Shown here piece after piece: positions 10,926 to 19,354 of a DNA stretch of 64,000 bases. Location: assembly GCA_020523885.1 (NCBI GenBank), contig JAJAPY010000002.1, positions 236,023-300,022 of the forward strand, read 5' to 3'. The DNA comes from Candidatus Liberimonas magnetica (GTDB lineage: Bacteria; Elusimicrobiota; Endomicrobiia; Endomicrobiales; JAFGIL01). Both the position numbers and the translations under genes were made by a program. Every line of letters starts with the position of its first letter. The stretch's first letter is position 1. The notes beneath the pieces are model-generated. The model ran no database searches. It was not told the origin of the DNA and saw only the letters and a program-made list of their open reading frames with translations.

Positions 10926-10931
10926 CAATCT

Positions 10932-12278
10932 ATGGAAAAACAGAAAACTATCAGTAAAGAAATAACAATGGAAGGTATAGGCCTTCATACGGGGAATATC
11001 GCAAAAGCTGAATTTAAACCTTCGCCTCCCAATACCGGGATAAGGTTCAAACGCATTGATTTACCCGGCAGTCCCGAGATACATGCGACCTATCACCAAG
11101 TTCTTGGGGCTATAAGAGGTTCAACGATAGGCACCGAGACAGTGCGTGTGCATACAGTAGAACATATTCTGGCAGTGTGTTCAGGGCTTGGCATAGATAA
11201 TATGGAGATATGCCTGACTAATAATGAGCCCCCTGTAATGGACGGAAGCGCAAAACCTTTTGTAGATATCATCGTTAAAGCGGGGCTCGTAGAACAGGAT
11301 GCTCCAAGACAGTATTTTACTTTAACTGAACCTTATACCTACGAAGTCGATAAAGTCAAGATTACGGCATTTCCTTCGGATGAATTCAAGATAGATTGTA
11401 CCGTAGTTTATAACCACCCTTATTTATCAGAACAGAAAGCTTCTGTTGTAGTCACTCCTGATTCTTTTATTAATATGATTGCGCCTGCCAGGACTTTTTG
11501 CTTTGATTATGAGATAGAAGCCTTAAAAAAGAAAGGCCTTGGAAAAGGCGGGGACCTGACCAACGCTATCGTAATAGGTTTAAATGATATTCATAACCCG
11601 GATAAAACCCTGCGTTTTAAAGATGAATTCGTCAGGCATAAGATATTGGACCTTATCGGAGACCTGTATTTGCTCGGCAAGCCTATAAAAGCTCATATAG
11701 TAGCCGTACGGCCCGGTCATAACCATAATATTAATTTCGCAAAAAAACTAGCCGAGCTGGAAGGCAAAAACGGCCTGGTACAAAAAGAAGATAAGGAGCC
11801 AAAAACTATGAGCAATGTTTCAGCACCTATAGGGACTATGATGGATATTAATATGATTCAGCAATTGATTCCCCATAGATATCCTTTCTTGATGATAGAT
11901 AAGGTCATAATAAATGAGGAACTAAAACGGGCGACCGGATTTAAGTGTGTCAGCGGAAACGAAAGCTTTTTTCAAGGCCACTTTCCCGGTCAGCCTATAA
12001 TGCCCGGTGTGTTGATAGTGGAATCTCTGGCGCAAACTGCATGCATTTTATTCATGTCCCGCCCGGACCTTAAAAATAAACTGGCGTTTTTTATGTCGAT
12101 TGAAAACGCAAAGTTCAGAAAGCCCGTTTACCCGGGCGATGTTTTGGAACTGAGGATAGAGGTCTTAAGGGCCAGGGAACGCGGCGGGAAAATTCGCGGA
12201 GAAGCATTTGTAAATAATGGCCTTGTAGCCGAAGCGGAGTTCATGTTTGCAATCGTAGATAAAGAGGGCGTGAAATGA
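10932..12278 (+). CDS. lpxC-fabZ: Bifunctional UDP-3-O-acyl-GlcNAc deacetylase / 3-hydroxyacyl-ACP dehydratase (LpxC-FabZ fusion)
   Basis: 448 aa. The N-terminal half has LpxC motifs (GIGLHTG, HTVEHILA, GHNHNINF). The C-terminal half has the FabZ hotdog motifs (IPHRYPFLMIDKV, FFQGHFPGQPIMPGVL). Confidence 0.9.
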   Translation: MEKQKTISKEITMEGIGLHTGNIAKAEFKPSPPNTGIRFKRIDLPGSPEIHATYHQVLGAIRGSTIGTETVRVHTVEHILAVCSGLGIDNMEICLTNNEPPVMDGSAKPFVDIIVKAGLVEQDAPRQYFTLTEPYTYEVDKVKITAFPSDEFKIDCTVVYNHPYLSEQKASVVVTPDSFINMIAPARTFCFDYEIEALKKKGLGKGGDLTNAIVIGLNDIHNPDKTLRFKDEFVRHKILDLIGDLYLLGKPIKAHIVAVRPGHNHNINFAKKLAELEGKNGLVQKEDKEPKTMSNVSAPIGTMMDINMIQQLIPHRYPFLMIDKVIINEELKRATGFKCVSGNESFFQGHFPGQPIMPGVLIVESLAQTACILFMSRPDLKNKLAFFMSIENAKFRKPVYPGDVLELRIEVLRARERGGKIRGEAFVNNGLVAEAEFMFAIVDKEGVK

Positions 12279-13066
12279 TTCATAAAACAGCAATAATAGA
12301 TTCAAATGCAAAGCTAGCAGATGATGTGGAAGTCGGGCCCTACGCTATAATAGGGGAAGGGACTGAGATTAAAGCTAAAAGCAAAATAGGTTCTCACGCA
12401 ATAATAGAGTTTGCCGAAATCGGGGAAAACTGCATAATTCACAGCCATGCAGCAGTAGGTACGGCTCCCCAGGACCTTAAATATAAAGGCGAACCTACAA
12501 AACTTATTCTGGGAAATAATTGTACAGTCAGGGAATTTTGTACGCTTAATCGCGGTACTACCGCAAGCGGTAAAACCGTTATAGGAGAAAATTGCCTTTT
12601 CATGGCCTATACTCATATAGCACACGATTGTATCATCGGAAACGGCGTAATTACGGTAAATGCGGCAACGATCGGGGGACATGTAGAAATAGGCGACTTT
12701 GCTGTTATCAGTGCCCTGGTCGGCTTTCATCAATTCACCAGGGTCGGCAAGCTTGCCATGGTTGGCGGCGGGGCAAAAGTTTCCTTAGATATACTGCCAT
12801 TTACCCAGGCACAGGGCGACAGGGCGAAATTAGTGGGCTTAAACCTGGTCGGCATGAAAAGACGCGGATTTACGGCTGAAATGATAGAAGAAATTAAAAA
12901 TGCTTACAAGACCCTTTTTCTTTCTGGCCTTCCGATGGAAGAAGCTTTAGACCAGCTTGAAGCAAGTGACCCTAAAAAAGAAGTAAGGGAAATGATAGAT
13001 TTTATACATAAATCCAAACGAGGCATTTGCCGTCCCGGAAGAAAAGAAAATACTGAGGAGATGTAA
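12275..13066 (+). CDS. lpxA: Acyl-ACP--UDP-GlcNAc O-acyltransferase
   Basis: 263 aa. Hexapeptide repeats plus a C-terminal helical domain. ATGA start/stop overlap with lpxC-fabZ. Confidence 0.9.
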   Translation: MIHKTAIIDSNAKLADDVEVGPYAIIGEGTEIKAKSKIGSHAIIEFAEIGENCIIHSHAAVGTAPQDLKYKGEPTKLILGNNCTVREFCTLNRGTTASGKTVIGENCLFMAYTHIAHDCIIGNGVITVNAATIGGHVEIGDFAVISALVGFHQFTRVGKLAMVGGGAKVSLDILPFTQAQGDRAKLVGLNLVGMKRRGFTAEMIEEIKNAYKTLFLSGLPMEEALDQLEASDPKKEVREMIDFIHKSKRGICRPGRKENTEEM

Positions 13067-13165
13067 AGACCGTTGAAAAAGTCATCAACGGTCTTGATTA
13101 CACAGATTAAAGGCAAAATCTCACACATGAAATCGGTGTAATCTGAAGTTTAATCTGTGTAATCA
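13067..13165 (+). repeat. Hairpin + GATTACA element, copy A
   Basis: AGACCGTTGA-aaaagtca-TCAACGGTCT hairpin right after the lpxA stop. It is followed by TGATTACACAGATTAAA ... TTTAATCTGTGTAATCA, a 17-bp perfect inverted repeat around a ~37-nt loop. Confidence 0.7.
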
Positions 13166-13193
13166 GTTAGCGGAACGAAATGGAGTCTAACTT

Positions 13194-13325
13194 ATGAAAA
13201 AGTATATTTTATTGACCATTGTACTAATATTTATTGGCTGTACGGCAAGAAAGCCGGCAGACAATAAGCAGATAAAAAACAATGCTTACAAGTCTTTTAA
13301 CAGCTTAGAGACCCAACAGAAATAA
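13194..13325 (+). CDS. Possible 43-aa mini-lipoprotein
   Basis: ATG preceded by GGAG at 8-nt spacing. MKKYILLTIVLIFIGC has a signal peptide plus a lipobox-like FIGC. Too short for the ORF track. Sits between lpxA and lpxI. Confidence 0.35.
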   Translation: MKKYILLTIVLIFIGCTARKPADNKQIKNNAYKSFNSLETQQK

Positions 13326-13343
13326 AAATTTAAGGGACTAAAA

Positions 13344-14144
13344 TTGAAAAGAGTTGGCCTAATTGCAGGCAATGGACGTTTCCCATTTTTAGCAGCTGAA
13401 GAGATAAAAAAAGAAGGTAACGAAGTATTTGCGATAGCCTTGAAAGAAGAGACAGACCCTTCTTTGGAAAAGACCGTTGATAAAATAGTATGGCTACCTC
13501 TCGGAAAGCTGCAGGCAATGATAGATTTTTTTAAAAAAGAAAATATTGCCGAAGCATTGATGGCAGGTCAGGTAAAGCATGCCAAACTGTTCGATGCTTT
13601 AAAACTAGATCTGCGTGCAGTAAAACTTTTATCCGGCCTTAAAGATAAAAAGGCAGATACGATACTCGGCGCAGTATCGTATGAGTTTGAAAAAGAAGGC
13701 GTAAAGCTGCTTCCTTCCCATCAATTCCTGAAACATATGCTCCCCAAAAAAGGCCTTATTACCGGTAAAAAACCAAACAAAGAAGATCAAAGAGATATCG
13801 AGTTCGGGCATAACATCGCCAAACATATCGCCGGCCTGGATATAGGGCAAAGCGTTGTGGTAAAAGACCGCTGTGTCCTGGCAGTCGAATCTATTGAAGG
13901 CACGGATGAATGCATAAGGCGGGGAGCATCACTAGGAAAAGAAGATGTCGTAGTTGTGAAGGTAGCAAAACCTAACCAGGATTTTCGTTTTGACATACCT
14001 GTTATCGGCCCAAAAACGATAGAAGTTATGTCCGAGGTCAAAGCAAAAATAATTGCAATAGATTCAGAGATGACTCTTTTGATCGAAAAAGAAAAACTGA
14101 TGAAACTGGCAAATGAAAATAATATAACTATCGTTGCGTTATAA
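13344..14144 (+). CDS. lpxI: UDP-2,3-diacylglucosamine hydrolase LpxI (DUF1009 family)
   Basis: 266 aa with a TTG start. GLIAGNGRFP N-terminus, DIGQSVVV, ESIEGTDECIRRG, and a C-terminal IAIDSE pattern. Position between lpxA and lpxB. Confidence 0.8.
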   Translation: MKRVGLIAGNGRFPFLAAEEIKKEGNEVFAIALKEETDPSLEKTVDKIVWLPLGKLQAMIDFFKKENIAEALMAGQVKHAKLFDALKLDLRAVKLLSGLKDKKADTILGAVSYEFEKEGVKLLPSHQFLKHMLPKKGLITGKKPNKEDQRDIEFGHNIAKHIAGLDIGQSVVVKDRCVLAVESIEGTDECIRRGASLGKEDVVVVKVAKPNQDFRFDIPVIGPKTIEVMSEVKAKIIAIDSEMTLLIEKEKLMKLANENNITIVAL

Positions 14145-14171
14145 GGAAAATCACTGTTGTTCGACGCATTT

Positions 14172-14251
14172 TGTCATTCCTGCGAAAGCAGGAACCCAGT
14201 TTTTAATATCGAAGATAAAACTTCTGGATACCAGCTTTCGCGGGTATGACA
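14172..14251. repeat. Inverted pair of 28-nt GC-rich hairpin repeats (TGTCATWCCYGCGAAAGCWGGWAYCCAG)
   Basis: TGTCATTCCTGCGAAAGCAGGAACCCAG at 14172-14199. Its near reverse complement CTGGATACCAGCTTTCGCGGGTATGACA is at 14224-14251. Each unit is itself a hairpin. Confidence 0.75.
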
Positions 14252-14280
14252 CATAATTTCGATAATAATAAGGGAAAATT

Positions 14281-15210
14281 ATGAACATAAAAACAGCTGT
14301 TCTAGGAGTTGGTTCACTGGGACAGCACCATGCAAGGGTCCTTGCCAACCATCCCAATTCCTTATTGACAGCTATCGTTGATGTCGATACAAAAAGAGGC
14401 GAAAAAATAGCAAAGCTATATAACGCACAAAGTCACTCCGATTATAAAAGCGTTATAGGCAAGATACAGGCGGCAGTTATTTCGGTACCTACTCCTTTTC
14501 ATTTTAAAATAGCAAAAGAATTGATGGAAGCCGGGATTCATTGCCTTGTCGAAAAACCTTTTACTTCGACAGTAGAAGAAGCACAGGAGCTTATCTCCAT
14601 ATCGATTGAAAAAAAGCTTCTGCTTCAGGTAGGGCTTATTGAAAGGTTTAATCCTGCCGTGATAGCAGCCAGACCGTTCATCCACTCGCCAAAATTCATT
14701 GAAGTTAACAGGCTTGGGCCTTATGATCCTAGGACGAGTCATATAGGTGTTGTGCTGGATCTTATGATCCATGACCTGGATATATTGCTTGCTTTAATGA
14801 ACGACAAAGTGGTTTCACTGGAAGCTTTCGGTGCAAAGGTCTTATCTGACCATGAAGATATCGTAAAGGCCCGTTTAAAATTTTCAAACGGCTGCATAGC
14901 CGACCTGTCTGCCAGCAGGGTATCTCTTGAAAAATACAGAAAAATAAGGGTTTTTCAGAACGACAGCTACATATCCGTCGATTATGCGAATAAAAGCCTG
15001 AAAGTATACCGCAAAAAGTCCGATGTGATAAAGAGTTTTAACGATATTGAAATAATTAAGCCGAAATTAAAGGATGAGGAAATGCTTTATAAGGAACTTG
15101 ACCATTTCCTGACCTGTGTTATTGAAGGGAAAAAAACAATGGTGTCAGGTGAACACGGCAGGGATGCTCTGGAACTTGCCCATGAAATCTTAAAGAACAT
15201 GAAGTTATAG
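14281..15210 (+). CDS. Gfo/Idh/MocA-family NAD(P) oxidoreductase (possible UDP-GlcNAc 3-dehydrogenase GnnA-like)
   Basis: 309 aa. Rossmann N-terminus AVLGVGSLGQHHARV and the EKP motif (CLVEKPF). The family call is solid. The GnnA-like role is inferred only from its position between lpxI and lpxB. Confidence 0.7.
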   Translation: MNIKTAVLGVGSLGQHHARVLANHPNSLLTAIVDVDTKRGEKIAKLYNAQSHSDYKSVIGKIQAAVISVPTPFHFKIAKELMEAGIHCLVEKPFTSTVEEAQELISISIEKKLLLQVGLIERFNPAVIAARPFIHSPKFIEVNRLGPYDPRTSHIGVVLDLMIHDLDILLALMNDKVVSLEAFGAKVLSDHEDIVKARLKFSNGCIADLSASRVSLEKYRKIRVFQNDSYISVDYANKSLKVYRKKSDVIKSFNDIEIIKPKLKDEEMLYKELDHFLTCVIEGKKTMVSGEHGRDALELAHEILKNMKL

Positions 15211-15217
15211 TCAACCA

Positions 15218-16300
15218 ATGAATAAAAACATATTTATTGTTTCCGGAGACGCCTCCGGTGACAAACATGCCGCAAACCTTGTGCGTTCGATAAAATCTCT
15301 GTCAAAGGATACTTATGTATCTTCTGTCGGCGGAGAAAACCTTAAAATTGTATCTGATCATTTCCTTGATGATATAGTCAGTTTCAGCGCTTTTGGTTTT
15401 TTACCGATAAGACAGTATTTTAAATTAAGAAAAATATTCAAAAAGATTACCCTGTACTGGAAAGAAAGAAAACCGGATAAAGTGATACTTGTCGATTATT
15501 ACGGTTTTAATATACATATAGCTCGTGAGGCTTACAGGCAGCAAATTCCTGTTTATTATTACATCAGCCCACAGGTATGGGCTTCAAGGCCGGGAAGGGT
15601 GAAGAAACTCTCAAAGTTTGTAAATAAAATGCTTGTAATTCTTCCTTTTGAAGTAGATATCTACAAGAAAGCAGGCATGGATACGGCTTTTGTCGGGCAT
15701 CCTCTCATAGATATGGTACCTGCCGTAGACTCTAACTCGTTTAAATCAGGGTATGAAAGACCGGTGATAGGGCTTTTCCCAGGCTCAAGGCAGCACATAG
15801 TCGACCGTCATTTAAAATTGCTTAAAGAAGTTAAAGATATTATTAATAAAGAGATACCTTCGGATTTTAAGATCTTCGGGTTGAGATCACTGGATTATAA
15901 AAATACTGATATACCGGTATTTTATGAAGATACCTATGATGAAAGAAAAAAACTTACTCTAGCTCTTAGCGTTTCGGGTACGGTAAGTTTGGAAAACGCT
16001 CTTTTAGGTGTGCCTATGATAGTTTTTTATAAACTTTCGCAATTGAATTATCTGATCGCCCGGATGGTCGCGAACGTAAAGTATATAACCATGGTAAATA
16101 TCCTGGAAGAAAAAGAAGTAGTGCCTGAGTTCATTCAAAATGAAGCGACGCCTCAAAATATCGCAGGAGCTGCAATAAACCTGTTAAGGAACACAGAAAA
16201 ATTGGACTATCTTAAGAAAAAATTGATATCTTTCAGGAGCCGCCTGGGCCAGAATTATGTAAGCATAAGGGCGGCAAAAATAATATTGGGGATCGTATGA
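15218..16300 (+). CDS. lpxB: Lipid-A-disaccharide synthase
   Basis: 360 aa. N-terminal IFIVSGDASGDKHAANL is typical of GT19 LpxB. Confidence 0.85.
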   Translation: MNKNIFIVSGDASGDKHAANLVRSIKSLSKDTYVSSVGGENLKIVSDHFLDDIVSFSAFGFLPIRQYFKLRKIFKKITLYWKERKPDKVILVDYYGFNIHIAREAYRQQIPVYYYISPQVWASRPGRVKKLSKFVNKMLVILPFEVDIYKKAGMDTAFVGHPLIDMVPAVDSNSFKSGYERPVIGLFPGSRQHIVDRHLKLLKEVKDIINKEIPSDFKIFGLRSLDYKNTDIPVFYEDTYDERKKLTLALSVSGTVSLENALLGVPMIVFYKLSQLNYLIARMVANVKYITMVNILEEKEVVPEFIQNEATPQNIAGAAINLLRNTEKLDYLKKKLISFRSRLGQNYVSIRAAKIILGIV

Positions 16301-18018
16301 TACTAAAAAGGCTTATTGATTATTTAAAGCCTCACATGAACCGGTTCTTGTTATCTCTTTTTTGTATGGCTATTTTCTCGGCTATAACCGGCGCTACCAT
16401 GTGGATAGTAAAAAACATGGTAGACAAGATATTTATAGCACGCGACACAAAGATGCTTTATATTTTAACGGCTATGATACCTGTAGCATTTTTCCTAAAA
16501 GGGATCGCAGGTTACGGACAGAACTACCTCATGTATTACATAACTCAAAACATAATCAAGACCTTGAGGAACGAGCTCTATGAAAAATTAATTACGCTGT
16601 CGCACAGTTTTTACGTAAAGAACTCTACTTCAAAACTGATGGCCCGCGTTACGAACGACGTACAGGTTTTATCGAATGCCTTGTTCCGGGTCCCGCCCAG
16701 CATAATAAGGGACGGCCTTACCGTGATCTTTATGATAGGCATTATATTTTATTTGAACTGGAGGTTTGCAACCCTGTCGCTCATAATATTTCCCGTGGCA
16801 AGCATACCTCTGTCGGGTTTTGCCCGAAAAATGAGGAACGCTTCAAGAGAAGGGCAGAAACAGATGGCTGAAGTATACGAATCCCTCCAGGAAACCCTTT
16901 CAGGAATAAATGTTATAAAAGCTTTTATAAAAGAAGATGATGAAATAAAACGCTTTCATAAAGAAAACGAGGATTTTTATCAGACCCAGCAGAAGTTTAT
17001 TCGGGTAGACGCCCGTTCAAGCCCGATAATGGAATTTATAGGAGCGGTTGCCGTAGCCTTTGTCCTGTGGTTCGGCGGAATGGACGTCATAAACGGAGTT
17101 TGGACTCCGGGCTCGTTTTTCGCGTTCCTTACAGCTGCTTTTTCTATTTACCAGCCTTTAAAGAATTTTGCAAGCACTAATTCGCTGATACAACAGGCGA
17201 TCGCAGGAGCGGAACGCATATTTGAGATACTGGACGAAAAACCGACTATAGTCGACAATGATGGAGCAGTAACCTTGCAGCCTTTTAAAGCTTCTATTGT
17301 ATATGATAACGTGACTTTTCATTATCCTGAAAAAGAAAATGTGCTTTCAAAAATAAATCTTAGTATAAACCAGGGAGATATAATCGCAGTGGTCGGCCCG
17401 TCCGGGTCCGGAAAGACGACGCTTGCAAACCTTCTGCTTCGTTTTTATGATGTGGATGAGGGCAGGGTTTTAATTGACGATAAAGATATAAGGGATGTGA
17501 CATTGCAGTCTTTGCGTACTCAAATCGGCATAGTGACCCAGGAAGTAATATTGTTTAATGAGACAGTAAATTTTAATATAGCTTACGGCAAGAAAGAGGC
17601 AGCTTTCGAAGAGATAGTTTCAGCAGCAAAAGCGGCAAACGCGCATAAATTTATAGAACAATTATCCCAGGGCTATAATTCTATGATAGGAGAACGGGGG
17701 GTAAGGCTTTCAGGAGGGGAAAAGCAGAGGCTTTCAATAGCAAGAGCCATATTAAAGAACCCGCCGATATTGATACTGGATGAAGCGACGAGTTCGCTCG
17801 ATGCCGAATCCGAAAAACTCGTTCAGGAAGCGATCGAACGTTTGATGCAGCACCGGACGGTTTTTCTCATCGCGCACAGGCTTGCTACGGTAAAAAAGGC
17901 AAACAGGATCATTGTCCTGGATAAAGGAAAAATAGTCGAACAGGGAACGCACGAACAATTATTAGGCAACGAGGAGGGCATATACAAACGTTTACATTAC
18001 CTGCAAATCTTGGATTAA
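16297..18018 (+). CDS. msbA: Lipid A export ABC transporter (permease + ATPase), MsbA-like
   Basis: 573 aa. Six-TM exporter domain plus an NBD with Walker A GPSGSGKTT, signature LSGGEKQR and Walker B ILILDEATS. 4-nt overlap with lpxB. Confidence 0.85.
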   Translation: MILKRLIDYLKPHMNRFLLSLFCMAIFSAITGATMWIVKNMVDKIFIARDTKMLYILTAMIPVAFFLKGIAGYGQNYLMYYITQNIIKTLRNELYEKLITLSHSFYVKNSTSKLMARVTNDVQVLSNALFRVPPSIIRDGLTVIFMIGIIFYLNWRFATLSLIIFPVASIPLSGFARKMRNASREGQKQMAEVYESLQETLSGINVIKAFIKEDDEIKRFHKENEDFYQTQQKFIRVDARSSPIMEFIGAVAVAFVLWFGGMDVINGVWTPGSFFAFLTAAFSIYQPLKNFASTNSLIQQAIAGAERIFEILDEKPTIVDNDGAVTLQPFKASIVYDNVTFHYPEKENVLSKINLSINQGDIIAVVGPSGSGKTTLANLLLRFYDVDEGRVLIDDKDIRDVTLQSLRTQIGIVTQEVILFNETVNFNIAYGKKEAAFEEIVSAAKAANAHKFIEQLSQGYNSMIGERGVRLSGGEKQRLSIARAILKNPPILILDEATSSLDAESEKLVQEAIERLMQHRTVFLIAHRLATVKKANRIIVLDKGKIVEQGTHEQLLGNEEGIYKRLHYLQILD

Positions 18019-18032
18019 TTACTGTCATCTTA

Positions 18033-18998
18033 TTGTCGCTATTTTCATTTTGTACTTCAGTTTTTGCTAAACCTGAAGCTCCGACACAATATAATACCTT
18101 TGACGGCCTTCCTCCAGGAGGCAGGTCTCTGGGCCTGGGCTATGCTTACAGCACTGTAGGAGGAGACCCTTCCATTATCTATTTTAATCCTGCGGGCCTT
18201 GGCTTATCGGAAGACAGTTTATTGTCTTTCAGCTACGAAATAACCAGGCAGAGCGCTTTGACCTCAGATGAAATAGTACAGGGTGAAGCATTGCAGATCA
18301 GGAACCTGGTTTTTATCGGGCTCTCCAACCCGCAAGGAGCTTTATCCTGGCGGCCGCTGGCTAGCGACGCCATACATATTGTAAGCGGATTAGACAAGAT
18401 AGATACCCAGACTAAGATCAATGCTTACACTTTTTCAGTAAAAACAAAGGAAGATAAGGTCTATACAGGTCTTAACCTTACATATTTAAGCGGAAGGATA
18501 GGCCAGTCAAAGATCATAAACAATATCCCGTCGGCGGTAATTTCCGACGGTAACGGCGTTAGCCTGGACCTGGGCACAATTTGTAAAGTCTCTGATGAGC
18601 TGAACGTGGGTTTAAATCTGAAAAACCTGTGCGGCTTCATGTGGTGGGATGACTATGAAACTGATTTGCTGCCGTTTTCTATAGTAACCGGATTTTCATT
18701 TAATATTTCGAAATTTTCTATTTTTGCTTTTGACTGGGAAAAAAGATATTACAGGAAAGACGACAGTTCTCCGCAAGAACTGACGCATATAGGTTTAGAA
18801 CAGAGCCTGGGAAATATTTTAAGCTTTCAAATAGGTATGTACGGGCCGGACCTGAACAATAAGAACCTGTCAAGGTTTACCGGAGGAATATCTTACCAGA
18901 AAGGCAGTTACAAATTGTCATTGGCAGGGGAAAAATATATGGTTTCAAGCAATGATGTTTACAGGTATTTGTTCAGCTTGAATATCCCTGTTAAATAG
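18033..18998 (+). CDS. Outer-membrane beta-barrel, PorV/PorQ/UPF0164-like paralogue
   Basis: 321 aa. [29 protein letters not shown] is the same N-terminal motif as the 3182-4510 gene, followed by beta-strand-like alternation. TTG start with a short signal peptide, so the start is uncertain. Confidence 0.5.
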   Translation: MSLFSFCTSVFAKPEAPTQYNTFDGLPPGGRSLGLGYAYSTVGGDPSIIYFNPAGLGLSEDSLLSFSYEITRQSALTSDEIVQGEALQIRNLVFIGLSNPQGALSWRPLASDAIHIVSGLDKIDTQTKINAYTFSVKTKEDKVYTGLNLTYLSGRIGQSKIINNIPSAVISDGNGVSLDLGTICKVSDELNVGLNLKNLCGFMWWDDYETDLLPFSIVTGFSFNISKFSIFAFDWEKRYYRKDDSSPQELTHIGLEQSLGNILSFQIGMYGPDLNNKNLSRFTGGISYQKGSYKLSLAGEKYMVSSNDVYRYLFSLNIPVK

Positions 18999-19182
18999 CT
19001 TTTATGACTTCGCCTGATTTGATGCAGTTAGTGCATACGTAAGCTTTTATCTTTTTACCTGCTAAAATTATTTTCTGATGTTGAAGGTTAGGCATAAAAG
19101 TCCTGTTCGAGGCTTTATGTGAATGGCTGACTTTATTACCGCTTTTTGGCCCTTTCCCGCAAATTACGCATTTAAAAGACAT
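18991..19182 (-). CDS. rpmB: 50S ribosomal protein bL28
   Basis: 63 aa. [18 protein letters not shown] signature. Confidence 0.9.
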   Translation of the reverse strand: MSFKCVICGKGPKSGNKVSHSHKASNRTFMPNLQHQKIILAGKKIKAYVCTNCIKSGEVIKAI

Positions 19183-19275
19183 TTTATTTGTTTACCTCCG
19201 TAGATTTTTCTTGTTTTATTGAAGTATATATATACCAAATTAATCACTAAATAGCAAGTGTCATCTGATTTTGGA

Positions 19276-19318
19276 CACTTCGGAGGTGGTCCGCCCTGGG
19301 CGGAACTCCTGCGAAGTG
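19276..19318. repeat. 43-nt GC-rich extended hairpin between divergent rpmB and recG
   Basis: CACTTCG-GAGG-tgg-TCCGCC-ctg-GGCGGA-a-CTCC-tg-CGAAGTG. Confidence 0.6.
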
Positions 19319-19354
19319 TAAAATGGTTAAGCTGAATTTGCTATACTAAAAATC

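Noticed and set aside
12592-12879. 95-aa same-strand alternative-frame ORF inside lpxA (R/G/C-rich).
   Set aside because: It is embedded in the strongly supported lpxA frame, and its composition is an out-of-frame artefact.
14151-14357. 68-aa minus-strand ORF (…NWVPAFAGMTKCVEQQ).
   Set aside because: It is the translation of the inverted GC-rich hairpin repeat pair in the lpxI-oxidoreductase spacer and overlaps the start of the next gene. This is a repeat-derived pseudo-ORF.
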